A stretch of 64,000 nucleotides of DNA from Escherichia phage vB_EcoM_01. How positions within the stretch are numbered: position 1 is the first letter of the stretch; each line of letters begins with the position of its first letter. The notes beneath the pieces are model-generated. The model was not told the DNA's origin, made no database searches, and saw only the letters and a program-made list of their open reading frames with translations. Made by a program: the position numbers and the translations under genes. The stretch lies in the sequence record PP129558; one strand, written 5' to 3'. Positions 56,542 through 64,000 of this stretch are shown one piece after another.

Positions 56542-57603
56542 ATGGCGAAGCCAATATATTATCCTGACTGGGCTACACAAACTGTAACGCTCCCAGGAAC
56601 TTTAAACACAAACAAAATTAGACCTAAAGAAACCATCCGCACAGTTGGTATGGATTATGGTCAAATCATGACTTGCGAAGAAATGAACTGGATTCTTAAT
56701 AATATCGGTTTATGGATTCGTTATTTGGTGGATGACTTTATTCCAACTTTACCTAATACTTACTTGCCTTTAGTTGGAACTAAGATTACAATGGCAGGTG
56801 ATGCTACTGGTGAGGCTACTTGGAACGGTGATAAAGAAGTTATTTTATCTGTCCAAGTTCAAGATAACAGTCATAATCACTTATCGGCAAACATTACAGA
56901 TGCTACTAGTTCAATAGTAACACCAAATGTGTTGGTAAAACGTGATGCAGGTGGTGCTATTTATGGTGGTGATGTTTATGTTAATGGTACTTCCACAACA
57001 GATCCTGCAACCCTGTTTTTCAAGAACTTTGCAGGACAGACTAATGGTGAGATTTCTGCCGAATACCAAAGTGGAGGTCAGCTTTATATTTATCGTAGAA
57101 ATCCTAGTACAGGTAGTGTAGCCGCAGGTGTTCGTTTATATGATGCAGGTTATGTTCTAATAGACAATCCAAGATCAAACAATGGACAAGACACTTCTAA
57201 CGGAAATGCCTTGGTTCGCTTAGATTATCTGAATTCTCGTTTGACTTCTCTTCAGAACACATTGCAAACGAATATTAATACTGTTCAAAACAACCTGAAT
57301 AGTGTTAACAACAACCTCTCTTCCCGTATAAACAATGTAGAAAGTAATCATCAAAGTCAGATTACAAATAACTACAACTATGCTAATGGAACCTTTGTAA
57401 GAGATATTCGTTACACTAGCCAAGGTGTGTATTATCCGCCAGGGAACGAAGTTTCTTGGACTTATATCTGTTCTTCTGGTTATGTTCTTTCTGGTATTAT
57501 TGTTCAGGAAACAGGTCGTAGTTCTGCGGATAACATTGGTGGGGTTTACTTCAAACGCCTCCAGCGCAACGTTAACGGAAACTGGTACGATATTGGAGGC
57601 TAA
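56542..57603 (+). CDS. tail fibre protein
   Basis: 353 aa; N/Q/S/T-rich repeats (NTLQTNINTVQNNLNSVNNNLSS); followed by an assembly chaperone. Confidence 0.45.
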   Translation: MAKPIYYPDWATQTVTLPGTLNTNKIRPKETIRTVGMDYGQIMTCEEMNWILNNIGLWIRYLVDDFIPTLPNTYLPLVGTKITMAGDATGEATWNGDKEVILSVQVQDNSHNHLSANITDATSSIVTPNVLVKRDAGGAIYGGDVYVNGTSTTDPATLFFKNFAGQTNGEISAEYQSGGQLYIYRRNPSTGSVAAGVRLYDAGYVLIDNPRSNNGQDTSNGNALVRLDYLNSRLTSLQNTLQTNINTVQNNLNSVNNNLSSRINNVESNHQSQITNNYNYANGTFVRDIRYTSQGVYYPPGNEVSWTYICSSGYVLSGIIVQETGRSSADNIGGVYFKRLQRNVNGNWYDIGG

Positions 57604-58149
57604 ATGATATTTACAAATTTTAAAAAGTATATTCCTGAAGATCCTGAACTAAAAGAATTGGTAGAAGCAGAGAACATTCTTTTCCTTCGTTGTGATCAAG
57701 GTTACGATTGGTATGATTTACGTAGCACAGAATTCAATAACGATAAAATGAAAGTCGTTTTTGATGATCAAAATCGTATTGTGTTTTGGAATACTGATCC
57801 TACACTACTTTGCCCTGAAGATCTTTCTATAGCACAAGTAGACTTTAATATAGATACTTTTGAGGATATTAGGAACAAGGTTTTGGATTTAGAAACCTTA
57901 ACTCTTAAGGATAAAGAGTATTCCCGTGAAGAGTTGATGACGCAAGCTAGTGCAAAGATTCGCTCTTTACAAGAGACAGCGGTAGCACTTATAACACCTT
58001 TACAATATGCTAAAGATTTAGAAATGGCTACTGAAGATGAATTAGCTTATCTTAAAAATCTTCAAGTTTATGTGGTTAAACTAAACCGTGTTCCGCTTCA
58101 AAAAAACTATCCTTACACTATAGATTGGCCTACATTACCGACGGAATAA
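57604..58149 (+). CDS. tail fibre assembly protein (Tfa-like)
   Basis: 181 aa; C-terminal YPYTIDWPTLP resembles the conserved Tfa C-terminus; directly downstream of a fibre gene. Confidence 0.5.
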   Translation: MIFTNFKKYIPEDPELKELVEAENILFLRCDQGYDWYDLRSTEFNNDKMKVVFDDQNRIVFWNTDPTLLCPEDLSIAQVDFNIDTFEDIRNKVLDLETLTLKDKEYSREELMTQASAKIRSLQETAVALITPLQYAKDLEMATEDELAYLKNLQVYVVKLNRVPLQKNYPYTIDWPTLPTE

Positions 58150-58158
58150 GGGATCACT

Positions 58159-58494
58159 ATGGAATTTCAAGAAGCATGGGGACTTGCAAAGGATGCAATC
58201 ATCCCTTTAATCGGAGTCATCTGGTTCTTTTTCAAACAAAAAATGGATAAATTCGGCTCTGATCTTGAGGAAATGGAGGAGAAAAGTCGAGAGCTAGAGA
58301 AGAAGTTGGTCTTTGTTGAATCAACTTATGCAACTAAAGCCGAACTTACCCAGATGCTAAATCAAATTAACTCTACATTAATGGCAAATAATAACACTCT
58401 TGAGCAAAAGATTGAAAAGATTATGGACCTCAAGAATGCTACTATTCAAATGATGCTAGATGACATAGTTAAACGTACACAGAATAAGGGGTAA
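58159..58494 (+). CDS. hypothetical membrane-anchored coiled-coil protein
   Basis: 111 aa; N-terminal hydrophobic segment (AIIPLIGVIWFFF) then coiled coil. Confidence 0.3.
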   Translation: MEFQEAWGLAKDAIIPLIGVIWFFFKQKMDKFGSDLEEMEEKSRELEKKLVFVESTYATKAELTQMLNQINSTLMANNNTLEQKIEKIMDLKNATIQMMLDDIVKRTQNKG

Positions 58495-58497
58495 TTA

Positions 58498-61400
58498 ATG
58501 GCAACATTCCCAACATATCCAGCAACGTCTCTTGAACAGGGCGTAGATCTGGTTATTTTCTCGTCTAACCAACTCCATGATGTTATTAATGGAAGTGCTA
58601 CAGAGAGTATTGAAACAGAATCAGGGTTGATACCAACCCTGAGAAAAGCCCTTGTTGACAACTTTTTCTTTAAAAGTCCATTAGATTGGGCGCAAGGCAC
58701 AAACGAAACAGTTTTTAACCAACTTCGTTATTTCCAGAACGGAGTGTTGAGTGGTTATTACTATGCGCCTAATGCTACGCTGGTAAACCCAATTCCTATG
58801 CAAGGGACTCCAGTAGGAGATAACAACTGGGTATTGTGGGGACTGAAGACAGAACAACTAGCAACAGAAGTCACCCCTTGGGTATATTCTGGTGCAACTG
58901 GTTATGAAACAGTAATCAGTCCTCCCTACATCTTTGATAGTGCTATTGTTACAATCAATGGTGTTATTCAGGTTCTGGGAGAAGCTTTCCGCATAGAAGA
59001 TAGTAAAATCATTTTATCTGAACCTTTGGGACATGATCCTGCAACAGGACTGCCAAACAAGCTTTTTGCCTATATTGGTAAAATCGTAGCTTCCGCAGAT
59101 ACAGATCCTAACTTAGAAAACCGTCTTGTCAGTTTAGAAACAAAAACTGAAGAACTGACAGAAAGCATGGATAAAGTACCTTTACAAACTATTGCTCGTA
59201 AATACGGTTTGTTGGATGATGAAGTAGCTTACGCAACAGCGGGTCAATCATTAACAGGGATTAAAGCTCTGTATGATCCGGTAGCACAATCTTCCTACAC
59301 ATTGCCTCCTAACATCACAGGGACTTTAACATCTTTGTCTGTTTCTGGAGTAATGACTTATTCTGGCGGATCTGTAGACCTTTCTGCATTAGCTGTTGAA
59401 CGTGGACAGTTTGTTCATTTGCCTACAAGCTTTGGTAATAACGTAACTCTGACAGCTAAAAATCAGACGATTGGGCGTGGCGCTGGTCGCTATCGTTGGG
59501 CGGGGAGTTTACCAAAAAGTATTTTAGCTTCTGATACATTGGAAACAAGTGGTGGATTAGGTCCAAATGCATGGGTTCTAACTAATACAGAAGGACTGTT
59601 AACCCCTCGTGGTGGAACATACAACGATTTATTCGATGTTGTCTACTTGTCAGAATTTGCTAACAATACAACTACCTATGCCACACCAGAAGCAGCTTTC
59701 CAGGCGGCACTGTTAGCAGCAAAAGCTTCGAAAAGTAAGATTCTCGACGCTTACGGTTGTGATATGACTTTCACGACAAGCTCTTTTGATATTCAAGATA
59801 TCACTTTGCGTGGGGGTGTGTTCCGTGGTCAACGCGACTATCGTGTGCAAAATGCTACAGTAGAAGGCACAACTTTCCGTAACTCTCGTGTTATGTATTG
59901 GGGTGGTGCTGTGCGCATGTTCGATTGTTTGTGGGACGGTGCTCCTCGCGCAGGTCAAGTTGGTAGCTTGGTATTCCAAGGCAACCCAATATCAGGTACT
60001 TTTGAAATTGATAATTGTACTTTTAAAAATGGGTTATATGGCATCCTTCAACAAGGAACAGGGGAACCAGTAACACGTGGTGTCTTCCGTAACCTTACCT
60101 TCATGGACATGCAAGGTGATGCAATAGAACTGAACGTCATCAATAAACATTATGACGATGGTTGTGTGATTGAGAATATTTACCTGTCTAATATCGATGG
60201 GACTAACGCTCCTATTCCTCTGTCCAACTGGGGTATCGGTATCGGTGTAGCTGGTAAAGGACCATATGGTTACGGAATCCCTGATGATCAATATTGCAAG
60301 AATATTACAATTCGTAACGTTTTTGCAAAACGTTGTCGTCAGATTGTCCACGTAGAAGTTGGTCGTAATATCTCTATCGAAAACATTCATGGCGATCCAG
60401 ATCAAACCGTATCTGTTGGGACAGGTTTGGCAACAGGCGCAGTTGTAATGTATGGAAGTAAAGATTTTACGATTGACGGTGTTTACGGAGAGCCTAAAAC
60501 AGACGGTAGCACACTTGCAAGTAATATCCGTATGATTTATTTGGAGTGGGGAACTAACGCAGTTCTGGACGAAGAGGGTAATCCGGTAGTTCCGGCACAG
60601 GGTAGACCTTCAAACCCATGCTTTAACTATTCTGTTCGTAACATTCACACCAAAACTGGGCGTGTTTTTGCGGGAGTTTCCGCTGGGCCAGGTTATGAAA
60701 ACAGAGTTAGCTTTGAAAATATTCGTTGCGCTGCATTGCAGTTGTTCGGTATAGCTTCTTGGCTTTCAATGTCTAACATCACCTGTAATATCTTCGATTG
60801 TGTTGGTCAACCTGAATCTGGTCCAGGGACATTTTATGATGGATTCTTCCGTAGAGAAAAATCTGTTCTTGAAATGGTTAACGTAAACTGTTACCCAGAT
60901 GGCAAGACGATGGTTACTGGTCGTCCACAGTGGAGCCGTTGCCGTTACTCGGATATTCATCGTGTCAACTGTAATGTTGAAGCTAATATGTATACCAATA
61001 TCGCAGGTGGTATTGGAGCTATTGTAGGGACAACGGGCAAAGTTTATTACTTAGAGCCTAATCCTAGTCGAAACATTGATGGAATGCATTTCCCAACAGG
61101 GAAAGAGTTTGACAAAGGTGATATGATAGTCAAGGCGGATAATACGTTCTTCCTTGTAACAACAAGTGGGGCATATATTCCAGATATCCCAGCTTTCGGT
61201 ATTCGAGCTACACAAGCAGGAGATACCTTCCTGACACAGAACTTGACTCCTAACGGGACAGCAACAAATGCTTCTTGGTTGTATCATTACCCTCTGTCAG
61301 CAGGGACACGTATCCGTATTCCTGGTGCTGGCGTAGGTGGAGCAGATTTGGACACAGTTATTACTCGTGCACCTTATCAAGATAATGATACGTGGACTAA

Positions 61401-61551
61401 CCCAGTTAAAATAGACATTGCAGATCCAATTGTAACGCCTACAAGTGCTGGAGTTAGAATTAAAACCATACCTAATGATTCCAGTAATGTTTCTGTAGGT
61501 AATACTGCGGTTATTCGCCCAACGCCAGTAGTAGATGTGCCAACAACCTAA
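58498..61551 (+). CDS. tailspike or tail fibre with beta-helix-like repeats (possible depolymerase)
   Basis: 1017 aa; central region with recurring N-I-x-I/V-x-N motifs (NITIRNVF, ISIENIHG, YSVRNIHT, SFENIRC) suggestive of a parallel beta-helix. Confidence 0.45.
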   Translation: MATFPTYPATSLEQGVDLVIFSSNQLHDVINGSATESIETESGLIPTLRKALVDNFFFKSPLDWAQGTNETVFNQLRYFQNGVLSGYYYAPNATLVNPIPMQGTPVGDNNWVLWGLKTEQLATEVTPWVYSGATGYETVISPPYIFDSAIVTINGVIQVLGEAFRIEDSKIILSEPLGHDPATGLPNKLFAYIGKIVASADTDPNLENRLVSLETKTEELTESMDKVPLQTIARKYGLLDDEVAYATAGQSLTGIKALYDPVAQSSYTLPPNITGTLTSLSVSGVMTYSGGSVDLSALAVERGQFVHLPTSFGNNVTLTAKNQTIGRGAGRYRWAGSLPKSILASDTLETSGGLGPNAWVLTNTEGLLTPRGGTYNDLFDVVYLSEFANNTTTYATPEAAFQAALLAAKASKSKILDAYGCDMTFTTSSFDIQDITLRGGVFRGQRDYRVQNATVEGTTFRNSRVMYWGGAVRMFDCLWDGAPRAGQVGSLVFQGNPISGTFEIDNCTFKNGLYGILQQGTGEPVTRGVFRNLTFMDMQGDAIELNVINKHYDDGCVIENIYLSNIDGTNAPIPLSNWGIGIGVAGKGPYGYGIPDDQYCKNITIRNVFAKRCRQIVHVEVGRNISIENIHGDPDQTVSVGTGLATGAVVMYGSKDFTIDGVYGEPKTDGSTLASNIRMIYLEWGTNAVLDEEGNPVVPAQGRPSNPCFNYSVRNIHTKTGRVFAGVSAGPGYENRVSFENIRCAALQLFGIASWLSMSNITCNIFDCVGQPESGPGTFYDGFFRREKSVLEMVNVNCYPDGKTMVTGRPQWSRCRYSDIHRVNCNVEANMYTNIAGGIGAIVGTTGKVYYLEPNPSRNIDGMHFPTGKEFDKGDMIVKADNTFFLVTTSGAYIPDIPAFGIRATQAGDTFLTQNLTPNGTATNASWLYHYPLSAGTRIRIPGAGVGGADLDTVITRAPYQDNDTWTNPVKIDIADPIVTPTSAGVRIKTIPNDSSNVSVGNTAVIRPTPVVDVPTT

Positions 61552-61557
61552 TGGAAT

Positions 61558-61583
61558 AGAGGGGGAATCCCCCCTCTTCTTCC
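61558..61583 (+). terminator. terminator-like hairpin
   Basis: AGAGGGGG-AATC-CCCCCTCT stem; weak U tract. Confidence 0.35.
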
Positions 61584-61613
61584 AATAGAATGGTCTAATG
61601 ATAGGAGAGATAA

Positions 61614-63638
61614 ATGAATTTAACAAGACCTAATAGTGCGATAGCCGATCTGGTAGAAGCTACTTATCGAAAACGTCGCAGCTTTGAGGCAGGTTTTACA
61701 TTACGTAATTCCCGTGAAGTTTTGCTGTTAGCAGCAGAAGGGAATTATTACCAATGGAAAGGAACTTTTCCTAAAGTAGTTCCAGCAAACTCTACGCCAG
61801 CCACCACAGGTGGTATTTCTTCCCTTGCATGGCAAAGTGTTGGGACCGCTGATGATATAGCAATTATCAATGCCAAGTTTACGGCAGTGCAACAACAGAT
61901 CGATGATTTGTCAGAAGCAATACCTGAAGCTGGTAAATCGGCTTATCAGATCGCACTTGATAATGGTTTTGTTGGAACAGAAGCACAATGGCTTGCTTCT
62001 TTGAAAGGGGATACTGGTGCTCAACTTAATATTAAAGGATCATTAGCAAGCACTAGTGAACTACCATCTACAGGTAACGTTGCAGGGGATGGTTATATCG
62101 TAGGTGATGTTATTTACGCTTGGGACGGTTCTGTTTGGAAACTTATTTCTTCTCTTGGACCAGAAGGGAAATCAGCTTACGAGGTATGGTTGGCAGATGG
62201 TAATACAGGATCTGTTTATGACTTTCTTGCCTCTATAAAAGGTGATAAAGGAGACGTTGGTCCTACAGGTCCACAGGGTGCACCTGGTGTCAACGCTAAT
62301 GGTTTTGATTATCGTGGGGATTTGCCTTCTACAAGTAACTTACCACAACCTAACTCTGAAAACGTAAGCCAAGCTTATTCTATCAGTGGTAATCTTTATG
62401 TCTCCAATGGGACAGCTTGGGTCAACATGGGTAATATTGTTGGTCCTCAAGGTCCACAAGGTGAGGCAGGTAAAGACGGTCTAGATGGAACAGATGGAGA
62501 TGAAGGGAAATCTGCATATCAAAGTTGGCTGGATGCTGGTAATGAAGGGACAGAAGTAGATTTTATTGCCTCGCTTAAAGGTCCAAAAGGAGACAAGGGA
62601 GAGCAAGGAGAACGAGGACCACAAGGCGAATTAGGTCCACAAGGACCAGTGGGTGCAACAGGATCAGGTTTAGAGATTATCGGGGTTCTGAACAGCGAAG
62701 CTGAACTTCCTCCGACTGGAGAAGTAGGTGACGCATATAAAATTAATAATGATTTGTATGTTTGGGTTCAAGATGCTACGGAATGGATGAATGTTGGTAG
62801 TCTTGGAGGAACATCAATTACAGCTAAAGGTCATGTTCCGAACAGTGAAGCTCTACCTGTTTACAATAACTATGGTGATGCTTACTTAACTGAAGACACT
62901 AGTAATCTTTACATCTATACCTACGATCAAGACACCAATTCCGCATCTTTTGTTGACATGGGAAGTATTAAAGGCGACAAAGGTGAAAAAGGGGATAAAG
63001 GAGATAAGGGTGATCCTGGAACAAACGGAACCAACGGTACTGATGGGACCAACGGTAAGGACGGCGCACAGTGGTTTGTAGCAACAACTAATCCAGTCAC
63101 AGGAGACGGTGTTATCAATGATTACGCCTTCAATACTACTACTGGAGCAGTATTTAAGAAAACAGATTCTTCTACGTGGACACTTATAGGAACTCTTCCT
63201 AGTATACCAGAAGCCCCTCAAGACGGCTTGACGTATGGTCGTTCTGATGGAAACTGGATCGAAATATCAGGATCAGATCCTACGGAAGCTATAACACCAA
63301 CTAAAGTTACAGCAGGTTTCATGGAACTTGAAACAACTACTGCCAACTCTGGAGCATCTTGGACTCCTTCTGGAACTTCCAATATGTATGTTGTTACAGT
63401 AACTGACGCTCTGACAGTTGGAGCATGGCCTGGTGTCACTGGCTCTACAAAACCTAAAGCGTTTTCAGCAATGATTTATTTGATTCAAGATACAACGGGA
63501 CACACGGTTACACTAGATGCGTCTTATGGAGCACTAAATGATACAGAAATAGCAACTACTGCTAACGCAGTAACAATTTTGCAATTAACGTATCCTGGTG
63601 TGGGTGATATCGTGGACATGGTTGTTGTAACACGATAA
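61614..63638 (+). CDS. tail fibre with collagen-like Gly-X-Y repeats and three phage-tail-fibre-repeat motifs
   Basis: 674 aa; Gly-X-Y runs (GPQGPQGEAGKDGLDG, GPKGDKGEQGERGPQGELGPQGPVGATG, GDKGEKGDKGDKGDPGTNGTNGTDG) and three GKSAYxxWLxxGxxGxxxxFxASLKG repeats. Confidence 0.6.
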   Translation: MNLTRPNSAIADLVEATYRKRRSFEAGFTLRNSREVLLLAAEGNYYQWKGTFPKVVPANSTPATTGGISSLAWQSVGTADDIAIINAKFTAVQQQIDDLSEAIPEAGKSAYQIALDNGFVGTEAQWLASLKGDTGAQLNIKGSLASTSELPSTGNVAGDGYIVGDVIYAWDGSVWKLISSLGPEGKSAYEVWLADGNTGSVYDFLASIKGDKGDVGPTGPQGAPGVNANGFDYRGDLPSTSNLPQPNSENVSQAYSISGNLYVSNGTAWVNMGNIVGPQGPQGEAGKDGLDGTDGDEGKSAYQSWLDAGNEGTEVDFIASLKGPKGDKGEQGERGPQGELGPQGPVGATGSGLEIIGVLNSEAELPPTGEVGDAYKINNDLYVWVQDATEWMNVGSLGGTSITAKGHVPNSEALPVYNNYGDAYLTEDTSNLYIYTYDQDTNSASFVDMGSIKGDKGEKGDKGDKGDPGTNGTNGTDGTNGKDGAQWFVATTNPVTGDGVINDYAFNTTTGAVFKKTDSSTWTLIGTLPSIPEAPQDGLTYGRSDGNWIEISGSDPTEAITPTKVTAGFMELETTTANSGASWTPSGTSNMYVVTVTDALTVGAWPGVTGSTKPKAFSAMIYLIQDTTGHTVTLDASYGALNDTEIATTANAVTILQLTYPGVGDIVDMVVVTR

Positions 63639-63641
63639 CAG

Positions 63642-63666
63642 AAGCCCCGAAAGGGGCTTTCTTTTT
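63642..63666 (+). terminator. intrinsic terminator
   Basis: AAGCCCC-GAAA-GGGGCTT hairpin followed by TCTTTTT. Confidence 0.7.
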
Positions 63667-63679
63667 ATGGAGGGTTTAA

Positions 63680-64000
63680 ATGTTTCCAATTCCAATATTT
63701 ACTATTATGACCAGCACTGGTGTCGTTCCTCTGCCAGCAGGTATTGTTAAAAAAGTAATCACTTTAGATTACCCAGATAATGCTGGCAATTCTAATAGCA
63801 GTTTAGCAATTTTGCTTAATGATGGTAGATTGTTTACTCAAGGCGCAAACCTTTTTGGTGAGATTGCAGATGGAACTCGTAGTGCACGATTCAATAATTT
63901 CCACTTAGCTTCTACTGTAGTAGCGGATGTGTTTACCGCAGATCGTTGTTTTGTTATTAAAACTAACAGTGGAGGATGGCAATATTCAGGATTGACAGCA
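63680..64000 (+). CDS. hypothetical tail-associated protein, 5-prime partial at window end
   Basis: ATG at 63680 behind GGAGGG; open to the last base of the window (107 codons). Confidence 0.35.
   Translation, partial: MFPIPIFTIMTSTGVVPLPAGIVKKVITLDYPDNAGNSNSSLAILLNDGRLFTQGANLFGEIADGTRSARFNNFHLASTVVADVFTADRCFVIKTNSGGWQYSGLTA

Noticed and set aside
1-64000. Temperate lifestyle or prophage context
   Set aside because: No integrase, excisionase, repressor, attachment site or flanking host genes could be recognised; the window is phage genes throughout, so lifestyle is not called.

Overview
The window reads as about 64 kb of a tailed dsDNA phage genome; no integrase or repressor is visible, so lifestyle is not called. 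Layout: (i) 1-23,037, a minus-strand early block with a dTDP-rhamnose pathway (rmlC partial, rmlA, rmlB), class Ia ribonucleotide reductase (nrdB, nrdA), a divergent ThyX-like protein, HAD phosphatase, HNH endonuclease, DEDD exonuclease, ligase, a three-gene RNA-repair cassette (metallophosphoesterase, RNA-ligase-like, Pnk-like kinase) and many small ORFs; (ii) 23,040-23,517, an AT-rich divergent control region with GTACT direct repeats and palindromes; (iii) 24,250-26,650, an array of about 12 tRNA genes interspersed with structured non-tRNA segments and two tRNA-like elements; (iv) 26,717-64,000, a plus-strand late block: embedded spanin pair, large terminase with a mini-intein in the P-loop, portal, protease, scaffold, lambda D/E-like decoration and major capsid proteins, sheath, tube, frameshifting chaperone, tape measure, baseplate and several tail fibres or spikes. 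The assembly is imperfect: three N runs and four or five tandem duplications of about 90-150 bp at apparent contig joins. All protein calls rest on motif recognition by eye; no database search was possible.
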